Below are positions 25,393 to 36,964 of a DNA stretch of 64,000 nt, piece after piece. How positions within the stretch are numbered: position 1 is the first letter of the stretch; the number at the start of each line of letters is the position of its first letter. The notes under the pieces were generated by a model. It was given only the letters and a program-made list of their open reading frames with translations. It was not told where the DNA came from and did not search any database. The DNA is taken from the NCBI RefSeq assembly GCF_011386835.1, contig NC_088798.1, positions 41,044,001 to 41,108,000 of the forward strand, given 5' to 3'. This DNA is from Chrysemys picta bellii (Eukaryota). A program made the position numbers and the translations under genes.

Positions 25393-28300
25393 CTGCCACT
25401 TCATCTGGCTAATTACAAATGTTGATAGTCTGAAAGGAAGTTCTGTGTAATGCTCCTTAAACAGAAGGGTGATGGTGACCATAGGAGAGGTCCTTTGAAG
25501 AGAGTGCTGTGGTGGCTAAAGCTATAAAATTGTGATGTCTTATTTTTTCTATGTGCAGAGTTCAGCACATTGTGTACTCCTTCATGGAGACTTCACTTTT
25601 ACTCTCTTACTCTGCTGTATTTTATACCAACAGCATCCATTTGCTTGTGTAAGTAGAAACATAGTGGTGTAAAGAAGAAATTGGAATTTTCTAAGGCTCA
25701 AAGAACACCATCTCAGTACCCCAGCATATAAACAGGCAAGCACATTTATTTCAAAGTTCATACAACAAAATCATCCCAAAAAGAAACCTGGTATGTCAGG
25801 ATTCTGCGCTCATTAAATCTTAACAGAGGACTTTTAAACTCCATAAATCTGAGATTTATATTTTGTACTACAGATACATCCTTACATAGCAGCAATAACA
25901 AGCACTGCTGTTTATTCATGACAATAAGAGACATGATCTAAAAATAATACTAGTTACTGCTGTAACTGAAGAGAAATTATTTGCACATATTAAATTGTAT
26001 AGTGCAATTCAATATAAACCAACTTTGGAATTCCTAGTCATTATTTTGCTATGGTTTCTCTGGTACTAAAGTTGGCCAGCCCTGATGTAAACCAGAGATC
26101 ATATATTCATTCTGGGTTGAATAGTCCCCTAATTACTCTATTTGCATTTTCTTGTAAATAAACCATGAAACCCTTGCTCAGTTGACTGGGGCATTAATCT
26201 CTCCATAATTTGGCCTGAAACCATATCTTTAGTATTTGAAAAGAACACAGAAAATCTCCTGTGGACCCTTAGCTTAGTTTAATTTTTTTTTTCAATACAT
26301 GCAATGTTTCTGAAGTGTAGGAGATTGACACTTCGTGAAACAACTGCTCTAGCAGTACCTTACACTCCTTTGACTTTTTTTTCTTTACTTCAAACATTGT
26401 TCATTCAACTGAACACTCATTCTCCTGGACTTTTAGTTCCTGGTAAATTCAGAAGAAATTTTATTTGATGAAGCAATATGTCCTCAACAAACCCTCTGCA
26501 GTTATGAAAACACACACAAATGTTTTGACTGATTAAATGAATACGGGACATTTCAGGTGTTCTGGTTATTCAGAAGTTCCTGGGATACTAGGACATCATA
26601 CAAAATCCAGGACTGTCCCCAGAAAACCAATTCATATAATCAAATTAGTCATGAGAAGGTAATAATGTTTCTTTCACTACTGAATCATTGCATTCATACA
26701 AGCATTCTAGAGGTGAAAGACTCCTTAGCCAATTAACAATTTCCTAAGGCCAAGGGGAATACGCAGTTGGAGACTTATTTTCCGAAATTGGGCCCCTATT
26801 AAGGGGTCAAGCTAGGCACCCAAAAATCACTAGTCACTTTTCAAATTGTTTAAAGCTATCCAGTCATTGGTTTTTAACATTTCTAAAGCTGTAGTGATAT
26901 ACCCAAATTGTGTTCAAATACAAACTAGTGCCTGGCTTAAAAGTAACTTATTTTGAATTTTGGCAGTAAATTATAACATGGGTGCTGAAGCAATCAAGTA
27001 ATGATTCAGAAATTAAAATTTTATAAGGACAGTTAACATTCAATCAGAGAAAATCTGATGTGATGATCTGTATTTATCCTGGTTGGAAATGTAATTAGCT
27101 GAATCAAAACAAATAATCATGGCCATTCATAAATTGTATTTAGATATTTAAGCCAATTTTGTTTCATATCTTCCAAAATAACTACTTTAATTCCCTCAAG
27201 TTCTTCATTTCACATGGTTCAGACACAATCCCCATAGGTTACAAATTTTGCATAATAAAACCATTACAGCTAAAAAAAACTTGGCCAAAGTAATGTGACT
27301 TCAATTAGTCACAAATGGTAAGTATAGTAAATCAATGTTTAAATTAGGCAGGTATTTTGCTGCAAGACATTATATTACCTGTCTTGTGAAAAGGGACAAA
27401 AGCAAACTAATTTGTCCATTGCCACACTTTTTGCCATTTCTAAGGTCACTGCCTGCTTAGACATTATTGATCTGTTATAACACAAACTTTTGTTCCAGAA
27501 CTGAGCATTTTTGAAAATCACTTAAGTGCCGAAACATGGACTTAGAGAGTTTAATTTTAAGCTTCCAACTTTTGAAAATCTTGGCCCATAAATTTTAAAG
27601 GGACATTAAAGGAGAAAAAGTTACAGGTTTGTCTGTTGTTTTTGAGGAAATTTTAGGCCCTGATTCTGCAAATACCTGTGCCTGCACTCGCACAAAGGCA
27701 GTTACAATGGATCAGGGCGTTAGATATTAAACTGAATCTCCTCTGACTAGTTGAAAATATGTTGACTATTCCCTTCAGTTTTATAGCAAATACTAATGGG
27801 GAACTTTGAACAGAATGTTATTGTATAATTTTGATAGTTTTTCATTTTGTGGGTTTGTTGATGATTTTGAATGAAAAAACCCTATCTTATGGAATTTTAT
27901 TAATATTTTTAATTCTTTCTTCCTTCAAATCTTGTCTTCCAAATTATGGCCCCAATTCTGCAAACATTTATATATGTTCTTAGCCCATTCATATGCATTT
28001 TTAGGTTTAGGGTCTAAGGTAACTGGAATTTATGTATTTTATTATTTTTGTGATGTCCCAGCTAATGGTGAATTGTGGTGAAAAAAGCACTATTAATTAA
28101 CAGCCCATGGTGATATTTTCTGAATTTGACTGTGGATGGATGGATGGACCTAAATTTGGAAGACAAATATTTTAGCTATTTTTTCAAAACTTAAATACAT
28201 TTTTAAAAATGAAAAGCAGGCACTTAAAGATATTCTGTCTTTTGCATAGCAGTTTAGCAGGTAAAAGTACAGATCCCTTCTGTGCAATTAAATTAGGATC

Positions 28301-29112
28301 ACTAACCCACTGGGTCAAAATAACTTTCTATTGAAAAAAAATGTTGAGTCATTCCTACTTCTAGCCATGAACAAAAAAGAGCTTCTGCCTACTAGTGTGG
28401 CTGGGATAAATTTGCATCTAAACAACTTAATGGACTGAAGGCCAAATATTTACTAGTATACATGAGGGCAGGATAACACGAGATACTGAAATAGACTTGG
28501 GAACAGAGATGACTTATATTTGAGAGAAAAAATGAGGGAAGTGTGAATTCTTGCAAGCTAAACATCTCAGAGCCAAAGCAAGAAATTTTCTCCATCCATC
28601 AGTTCAGTTTCCCAGCATCGCTGCAGGAATTCACTAATGATCAGACCAGCAGAAGACAGCCCATGGTATTTTAGCTTCTGTCAAACAAGTCCTAGAAAAC
28701 CTAACAAGACATAAGGGATTCCAAACATCCACAGACCTGTTTCTCAATAGGAGAAGATTAATGACATGTAGTGAGAATGAAGACACTGCACTACCTGGCA
28801 ACAGGAAAGAAAGCACTCATGAGTGACAGGATAGTGATTCATTGTAAAGAGGCAAGATATTTCTGGGATCTCTGAGAGAGGTTTCTCTTGACTTCTGATA
28901 TCAGTGAAAGCAGCAATCATAGCTGCAGTTATGAAAATGAGGGATGTTAAAGTAAAATGGGTGCATGCACAAGTAAAGACAGTTGAAATATAAATACTAG
29001 GAAGTTACTTGGAAGCTGTGGTCTTCCTTCAGAGGGCCAAGTCCTTCTAACCCTCCTCCTCCGAGGAATCCCACTGAAGGTGCCCAGTGCAGGTTGGAAC
29101 TTTGATTTATAC

Positions 29113-29445
29113 CAGTGGTTCCCAAATTTGTTCTGCCGCTTGTGCAGGGAAAGCCCCTAGCGGGCCGGGCAGGTTTGTGTACCTGCCACGTCCGCAGGTT
29201 CGGCCGATCACTGCCCCCAGTGGCTGCGGTTCGCTGGTCCAGGCCAACGGGAGCTGCTGGAAGCGGCGGCCAGTACGTCCTTTGGCCCGCGCTGCTTCCA
29301 GCAGCCCCCATTGGCCTGCAGCAGCGAGCCACAGCCACTGGGAGCTGCGATCAGCCGAACCTGCGGACGCGGCAGGTACACAAACCGGCCCGGCCCGCCA
29401 GGGGCTTTCCCTGCACAAGCGACGGAACAAGTTTGGGAACCACTG
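29113..29445. mobile_element. Near-palindromic hAT MITE, 333 bp
   Basis: TIRs CAGTGGTTCCCAAA / TTTGGGAACCACTG, with internal arms complementary over most of the length. Degenerate TSD ATTTATAC / AGTTACAC. Confidence 0.9.
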
Positions 29446-31779
29446 AGTTACACAATTATACAATTAAAAGAAGTCCAAGTAATCTTTACTTTCCAATAAT
29501 CATGTTTTTAAATGAAAGGAAGTTAAAAATATACATCTATCAAGATAACCTAAAATGTTATTTTATTGATTATTGATTCTTATTTATTGATTCTTATTAA
29601 TATTTTATTGTGACTAAGCCTTGCATTCAGTCAAAATTTCATATTGTAAACCAAACAAGTCACATACCTAAAATATGGTGGAACAACTTTAAAATGTTGA
29701 GAATAGAGAACTTTTGATTTACTTCAACCACCAGGTAGATGGAAGTTGCTAGGCCCCAATTATTTTACCCCAACAAACATAGCTAACAAACCAATTAGCC
29801 ACTTTATCAGGATAAATAAGGCGCTAACCCTGCAAACAGGTACTAAATAGGGTGCACAAAGCACTATGTTCAGCAGTAAATAATATGTATTTGCTTTCAC
29901 ACATTCTTTAAATAAAAATAGAGAAAAATAACAGCAAATAGGATTGTGGGGGGGACCCCAAACATTCAGAATATTTTAAAAGGGCCAGATTGTGAAGTCC
30001 CTAGTCAGTGTTCAATCAGTCTTTACTAACTGACATTTCTGAGAGATCCTTTTAGGATTTGGTCAAAATACATCTTATTAAAAGATGTATTACTGCAATG
30101 ACATTATTTAGCTAAAAATACTACTGCGATAAAAAACAAGTAACCAGAACACCCACTCCAAAACATCTCCCTGAGAAACAGATTTAGTTATTTCTCTAAA
30201 AATAAAACCTTTTAACCCACAGGTGGTGTTTCGGGTTTTTTTTTTTTTTTACCTCTTGCCAGGAAAGTAAACAGCCAGACCAAAAATATACAGCAGCTTT
30301 ACAAAGTCATAGAAACCTTTCCATCCTAACCTCTTATCAGAGACTCTTCAATATTCATTTTAGTTTAAATCACTTTAAAAGCCACTTAAACAGTTTAAGC
30401 TTGTCCAAGCTCTTTAACCTTGGTCAAAATAAACAGCTTAAAAACAGTCAAGGTGAAACCCTTGTCAAGTAATATTGTTTTGCTAGTGGCTAACTGTAGA
30501 CTATATTTGAATAGTTTTGCTAGAGACTAATTTTAGAGACTATGTGGTAAACTCCATGCCAGCTTGTGTTCAGTTACCATTCACCCCTAAGTTACTTGCA
30601 AAACAAATTTAGTTAAACCCATTTTGACTAAACCTTCACTTGTTTGCATTATTTTTATAATTAATGTCAATCTTACTCTATTTCTCTACTTCCACCATCT
30701 GTTCTTTATGGGTTTGCACTCCCTTTATTTTTGAAGCTTGGTAAGTCCTGTAATGTAGATGGTTACTTCCTGCACTTTTGGCTGCTGTGAGAGGGACTGT
30801 TACGGTGTGACAGGCTGCCTATTAATTTGATTCCATTTCTCAGGGGTCACACACTTCGTGAAGAATTAACGCCCCATTGTGCCATCGAATGGAGGATTAA
30901 TGTATATGGAAACTTCCAACACCATTTACCCCTATACACGGTGTACTTAATCCAGCGCTTGAACTCTGCATGTAAAAAACAATGCCCTTGGGAGTATGTA
31001 ATCATGTTTCCTTCCAGTGGTAGCCCCAGCTTGCCGTTTACTCCAGCTTGCCAACCCAGCCAGGTTCTGTGGTCTGGCTGAACAATAAGATCCTGTATGA
31101 GAAAGGTGGTTTAAAGCCATTTTACATTCCCTTGAGCCTGGTCTCTAGGGCAAGTTACAGCTAAAAACTATCCCACATTACCTGTCTACCCAAGGGTGGT
31201 GAAGCATACGGACACTAGTTTTTACCAAGGACACCTGCTGCACTAGGGACTGGGATGGTGGAGCATATCAACTGCTAAGGCAGCTCTAAACCACCCAGAA
31301 TCCTCTTACACAAAAGGAATGCTCAGCTGGCTGGATAGCTGGCTGGATAGCTACCTCATACCATTGCAAAGGCACAAAGCCCCCATTCCATAGCATGTCT
31401 GAGAATCTGGCCCTGTGTGTTTTCCCATAGGTTATGGATCTTCAGATGCATATACAGAGGAAATTCTAATCTCTTTTTAACTGCCACCTCTTGGGAAGGG
31501 CAGCCAGTCAAAGCTCTTGGCATATTTTCTCTCAAGTACAGCAAGATGCTAGAAAGAGAGGAGCAGATCCACTCACACCTAATCAATACGCCTTCTCTTC
31601 CAATTTCGTCCCCAGCAGAACGGACTAAGACAGGAGCGTCAAAGTGCCAGCCATGGGAGAGAGGGGTAGGGCCATTTAAAAAGCCTTTGTTTTTGTAAGA
31701 GCACTTGAAACTGCATCAACTCGTTCACTTTAAGTGAGGAGCAAATTTTCATAGTGATCTTAGAGTTAAGCATTTACCA

Positions 31780-32108
31780 CAGGCAGGAATTTGGAACAAT
31801 CAAATTTTTGAATTGCTCTGCTCTGGCTCCGCTCCAGCTCCGGGCATAAAACCTAATGGTCAGTGCTCCGGCTCCAGGCTCCACTCCAAAGCCCTGACCA
31901 CAGGGTCGGCAACCTTTTGTACGTGGCTCACCAGGGTAAGCCCCCTGGCGGGCGGGCCGGTTTGTTTACCTGCCGCCTCCGCAGGTTCGGCCGATCGTGG
32001 CTACCACTGGCTGCAGTTTGCCGCTCCAAGCCAATGGGGGCAGCGGGAAGCGGCGGCCAGCACATCCCTTGGCCTGGCGAGCCACGTGCCAAAAGTTGCT
32101 GATCCCTG
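31780..32108. mobile_element. hAT MITE (host) whose left TIR is interrupted by a second hAT MITE
   Basis: Left terminus CAGG|GTCGGCAAC, right terminus GTTGCTGATCCCTG. 8-bp TSD ATTTACCA at 31772-31779 and 32109-32116. Confidence 0.85.
31784..31896. mobile_element. Small hAT MITE (113 bp) nested in the TIR of the previous element
   Basis: Termini CAGGAATTTGGAAC / ACTCCAAAGCCCTG, internal GCTCC repeats, perfect 8-bp TSD ACCACAGG (31776-31783, 31897-31904). Confidence 0.85.
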
Positions 32109-32903
32109 ATTTACCACATAGGCTATTCTAAACGATGCATAACCAGTCCCATTATCAATCAATGCGATTAACATAGGTATTTCATATGTACCACATTCAA
32201 AATCAGATTGGCACATCAGTCTGATTACCTATAATAGGAGTAGTGCACATACAGAAACAGCAACTCCAATACTTTACTTTGAATATGTTATCCTATTGCA
32301 CACCTTTACACAGCAATTTATTATTATTATAAAGATATAATACTCTGGATGAAGACGTATATTAGAGAACAATTTCTCGCATGTAATTAACTCAGAATTG
32401 CAGAGGCAATAAATGTTGTGACTTAATTAAATTTGTAAGGAATGTGTAAGTATTTAATTAGCATTTGACAAGAGTGCTTTAGAAAGGAAGTTATAACCTT
32501 CCAAAATATCAATTAGTAATTTTTAAGCAATAAATTGTTATTTTATGATCTTGCTATACTGCCTTTGTTAAATGCCATTTAGAAGATTGCCATCTTTACA
32601 GCCAAGTCTTCAGACTGCAAAGCATTAGATTTTCCATTGTGAAGTTGTACAACATTACCCATAAATATGGGGGGTTGTTGTTTGTTTGTTTACAAAAGAC
32701 AGGCTAAAGGTTTGGAAGTTTCATCTGGATGATCATTGAAAAGTCACATGATTCCCTAAACCCATAAACTTACAAGAGTTCCCTGGGTCTCAGCATCCTA
32801 ACTTCCTTTTCCTCCTTTTCCATTCAGGTCTTGTAACACTACCTCTTCCACCCAGCAATATTACCTCCCCCCCACTCTGACTGAATCCTCCTTCCTTCTA
32901 GAC

Positions 32904-33064
32904 CAGTGAGTCTCAACCTGTGGCCCAATCAGCACACAACTGCAACCCATGTGACATCCTCAGGGCCATACAGATAGTATATATATGTATTGTGTGGAAG
33001 CAGCACACATAACACAGACAGCTGCATATGTGGCCCACAGTGATAAATAGGTTAAGAACCACTG
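32904..33064. mobile_element. hAT (Charlie-like) MITE, 161 bp
   Basis: Termini CAGTGAGTCTCAACC / GGTTAAGAACCACTG, flanked by TTCTAGAC and TTCTAAGC. Confidence 0.8.
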
Positions 33065-33072
33065 TTCTAAGC

Positions 33073-33480
33073 CAGTGGCTCTCAACCAGGAATGTGTGTA
33101 CCCCTGGGAGTCTGCAGGGGTCTTCCGGGGGTACATCAACTCATCTAGATATTTGCCTAGTTTTACAACAGGCTACATAAAAAGCACTAGCGAAGTCAGT
33201 ACAAACTAACATTTCATACAATGACTTGTTTATACTGCTCCATATACTATACACTGAAATGTAAGTACAATATTTGTATTCCAATGATTTATTTTATAAT
33301 TATATGGTAAAGATGAGAAAGTAAGCAATTTTTCAGTAATAGTATGCTGTGACACTTTTGTATTTTTTATGCCTGATTTTGTAAGCAAGTAGTTTTTAAG
33401 TGAGGTGAAACTTAGGGGTACGTAAGACAAATCAGACTCCTGAAAGGGGTTCCATAGTCTGAAAAGATTAAGAGCCACTG
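33073..33480. mobile_element. hAT (Charlie-like) MITE, same family as 13028-13409 in opposite orientation
   Basis: Termini CAGTGGCTCTCAACC / GATTAAGAGCCACTG, TSD TTCTAAGC / TTCTATGC. The body is the reverse complement of the 13028 copy. Confidence 0.9.
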
Positions 33481-35247
33481 TTCTATGCCACTGAAACATC
33501 TTCTTTGTGTGTCTTGACAGCTACATTGTCATTGTCCTACCATTACAACACTGAAAGTCTCCCTCTACTCTTCAGTGGCTCTGCTGGAGGGAAAGACTTG
33601 TGAAAGGTTCCATGTGCTCCAGTGGCAGCTTGAAGAACCACCCTACCCACAACCACCACCACTTCACACTCACAGGATCCTGTTTCCTCTGTGGATGCAA
33701 TTCCTCCACTACCCCTACAATTCAAATTCTTGCAGCAAGGAAACCCCCTGCCTCATTTGAATCCAGCTCTGAGAATGGAAGGACACCAGGGCCCTGCTCC
33801 TCTGCACACACCTCCAAGTGGACTGGAAGGTGCTAATTAAATGAAAGTTTTAAGAAGTTACAGATGTATTGAAACCATTGTTGCTCTTTTGATTGCTGAT
33901 GCTATTGGAGTGCTGCTAACTCTGCCCTTATGAGAATCACATACAGAGGGGCAGAGAAAAGTTGTGCCTGGCAATGATGTGGTGGAAGTTGCAAGAACTT
34001 GGATTAAATTTTAACCACGATTTTAGTCACTTTCTAAGGGTGTGTCTACACTAGAGTAATCAAGGATTTAACTGATTGCCAGTTAGGCCAAGTTAGCTAA
34101 AATATTTGCATGTTAGCCTGTATGCTATGTAAATGTTCGTGATTTGATCTAGAGCAAACCACAAACGTTTCTGCCCTAGAATAACTATTTGTGGAGTGTC
34201 CAGACTGAGATGTGCAAATGTGTTTAGTTAAAAATGTAAGGCAAATCCTAATAGGAAAAATACCTGTGTAACTAAACAATAACTGCTCTCTCTGTGTTCG
34301 TATTAACAAGGCTTCTCCTTTCAGAATCCATTCCAACCAATTCTTTGTGAATTTCACCAAGAACTGCTCAACAGTCTATAAATCTAGTAACAAACAAACT
34401 GACTCATACATGTTACCTCCTATGCCTGCCCCATCTGCTTTGTCTATTGTTAGGTTTACACAGTAAGTAATACATTAACCTTTAAGCTAAATTTTTCAGA
34501 TGAAACATGGTGGCAACTTGGAAAAATAAATGCTTCTTTGGACTAGAGAATTTAAAGCCTTGCACAGTGAACACTGTCATGGGATGTCAGTTTGTTGGCC
34601 CAGTAATTGCTTTAGCAATGCTCCCTTGAAAAGAAGCAAAACGATAAATATGTTGTGAAGACATCTAACTTGATAAACACTTTTGAGTTCACTTCTGCAG
34701 ATCACTGACAATATGACCCTTGTTATTCACCTACATACTACTCACAAGAAATATGCTAATTGCACCAGCTTAAAAAACGGTAGCTAATGGGAGGCAATAT
34801 TTAGTTACAACACCAAATCCAGTAAAATAAGGACATTAAATCTTAAAACACCAAAGAGTAAGTCTGCAGTTGCTAAAATGCGTTTACCATTTTTGTTATC
34901 TGACCTGACTGTTTTTTTTTTTTTTTTTTTTGATGTACCTCCATCAACAGTGTTGTTGAGAAACTGTTTGTTTTTGCCTATGGGTGGACTGTGAAAACTA
35001 TCAAGAACATCATCTCCTCATTAACAAAGTCACAAATTTCATTCTCTCTTCATCCGAGTCAGAGACACTGTCTTGCACAATGTGAGAGAAAAGGTGGTGT
35101 CATTTACGCATTCACAGAATGTCACTTCAGAAAAAGCTGGTGATTCTCTGACTGAAAAATAGAAACTAAGCTGGAACACTGAGCATGGGATAACGTCACT
35201 ACATTGTCTCACTAACTTCCAACTGAGCAATTTTGTTCCTACTGCAG

Positions 35248-35484
35248 ACCTGGTTAGCAGCATATTAATTATAAAGATACGGAGTGCGAAAGTCTCTTCT
35301 AACTTGCTGATATGCCTGCATCCGGGGAAATATTCCCTATACACTGCTCTCTGCCAGTCTACTTCCCAGAGTCCCCCAACAATCACATCACTAGTTGATG
35401 GGCAAAGCAGGTGGTTTACCACAGAAAAGAGAAGTAGACAAAAACATGGAAACCTAGTCATTGGTTCAGCAATATCCTGCAGTG
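35248..35484 (+). other. Candidate 237-nt phase-1/phase-1 exon (unverified)
   Basis: CTAAC branch-like motif plus TTTTGTTCCTACTGCAG acceptor and GTG|GTAAGT donor. Open frame (DLVSSILIIKIRSAK...IGSAISCSG); no homologue recognised. Confidence 0.25.
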
Positions 35485-35506
35485 GTAAGTTCCACATCTT
35501 AATTAT

Positions 35507-35661
35507 AGGTTTCAGAGTGGTAGCCGTGTTAATCTGTATCAGCAAAAACAACGAGGAGTCCTTGTGGCACTTTAGAGACTAACAAATTTATCTGGGCATA
35601 AGATTATGCCCAAATAAATTTGTTAGTTTCTAAGGTGCCACAAGGACTCCTCGTTGTTTTT
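35507..35661. mobile_element. Penelope-like element remnant forming a 118-bp palindrome
   Basis: GGTTTCAGAGTGGTAGCCGTGTTAATCTGTATCAGCAAAAACAACGAGGAGTCCTTGTGGCAC-TTAGAGACTAAC resembles the turtle PLE terminal repeat as I recall it. Arms 35544-35602 and 35603-35661 pair at 55/59 positions. Confidence 0.8.
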
Positions 35662-36478
35662 ATGTTAATTGTAGTATTTTCTTTAATTTGTTTTCAATAT
35701 GTTGCATTTTTAATTTCAGTGTCTTTTTGGTCTTGCAGTATGGGAAACAGTACAGAAGGAGAACTCGAATGGCCTTATCTAAACTATATATTTTTTATAT
35801 ATCTGCCATATCTTGTCTACTCTTACTTCTCTCTTTTCCAACTAGATCTGATCTCTCCTTGCACAGATCTCTTCCTTACCACCCTCATCCTCCATCATGC
35901 TTCTGATCACATTATTCTCTGGATCTTTTCTGTGCCTTCTATGTCTTGTACAGCTTCCCAGGAACCACGTTTCTCTGACCTTGTCCAGCTGTGCTCAGTG
36001 CAAGTGCCCCTGGAGGGAGAGCATTTTAAGACATCTTTGCATTTCCCCAATTCTGGGGCTGCCAGATGCTAGCCTGGTACCCAGTGCAACCGCAATGCTC
36101 TGCCTTGTACCAAAGGACTCCATGTGCTGTTCAGGTAACTGGAGATCAGCCATACACTGGGGTACTCAGCCACATACCCTTTTCCTCCTACACATCCATT
36201 GTGCTGCAGGTCAGGAAGTCAAGTGGCATGGGAATCGTTATAGTGGTTCTACATCTCCCAAGAATTTGGGAAACAAGGGAAATATTTACGTGGCCGGATC
36301 TACTGGCTAACGAGATGCTTTAAGCCACCAGTGCCAAAAAAGAAGCCAGAGCATTGGAGGAAAAGGGCCTATACATTCATTTCATACTAGCTTGTTTTAA
36401 GATCTCCCTGTACTGTGATTCCTTATAGAGGCAGTACAATCCAGTCATGTGCTAGACACCTAATCAGAATAAAATGTA

Positions 36479-36964
36479 AGTATATATTCACTGCAGAGTT
36501 AACTCAGGCTCTTACCTGGGTATTTCCCAACCCTCTGCCCATCCATTCCCAAGTTTGGTGGTGCTTTCATGCTGAGCTAGCTGGCCTGTGGTAGGCTAAA
36601 ACTTGAGTGAGGCTATCATTCAGGCTGGCAACTCATCCATTTTGAAGTGGCAACACAGACTAAACCACTCAAGTGTTGCTAGTCCTCCAAACCCTTCCGC
36701 AATGTGTATCCGGAATACAGACAAGTTCTCCCACAATTCACTGGGAAAAGAATCAGTGACTCAGCTTACTGCAGCACAAAGAACCATGGGATATGCCCCA
36801 AGAAATTCTAGTGACACACTCAGGTGACTGCAGCACCAGTGACTACACAATAATTTGTGTATGAGTCGGTAGCATGGTTGCTCACACCCAGGCTAGGCTA
36901 ACCCCAGGAGTGCTCAGATCCCGGTGCCAATCATCCAAGGTAACTCTGCAGTGAATGCATACCC
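36479..36964. mobile_element. PIF/Harbinger-type MITE
   Basis: Inverted termini TATATTCACTGCAGAGTTA / TAACTCTGCAGTGAATGCATACCC. Confidence 0.65.

Noticed and set aside
25559-25648. + strand 90-nt exon-like segment with good splice signals
   Set aside because: Pyrimidine-rich and open in all three frames, so openness is uninformative. Similar unsupported candidates lie at 50524-50593 and 47880 onward.
27056-27106. C/D-box-like GTGATGA...CTGA with a 4-bp terminal stem
   Set aside because: Only 43 nt from C box to D box, with no C'/D' boxes and no recognisable rRNA/snRNA guide; too short for a snoRNA.
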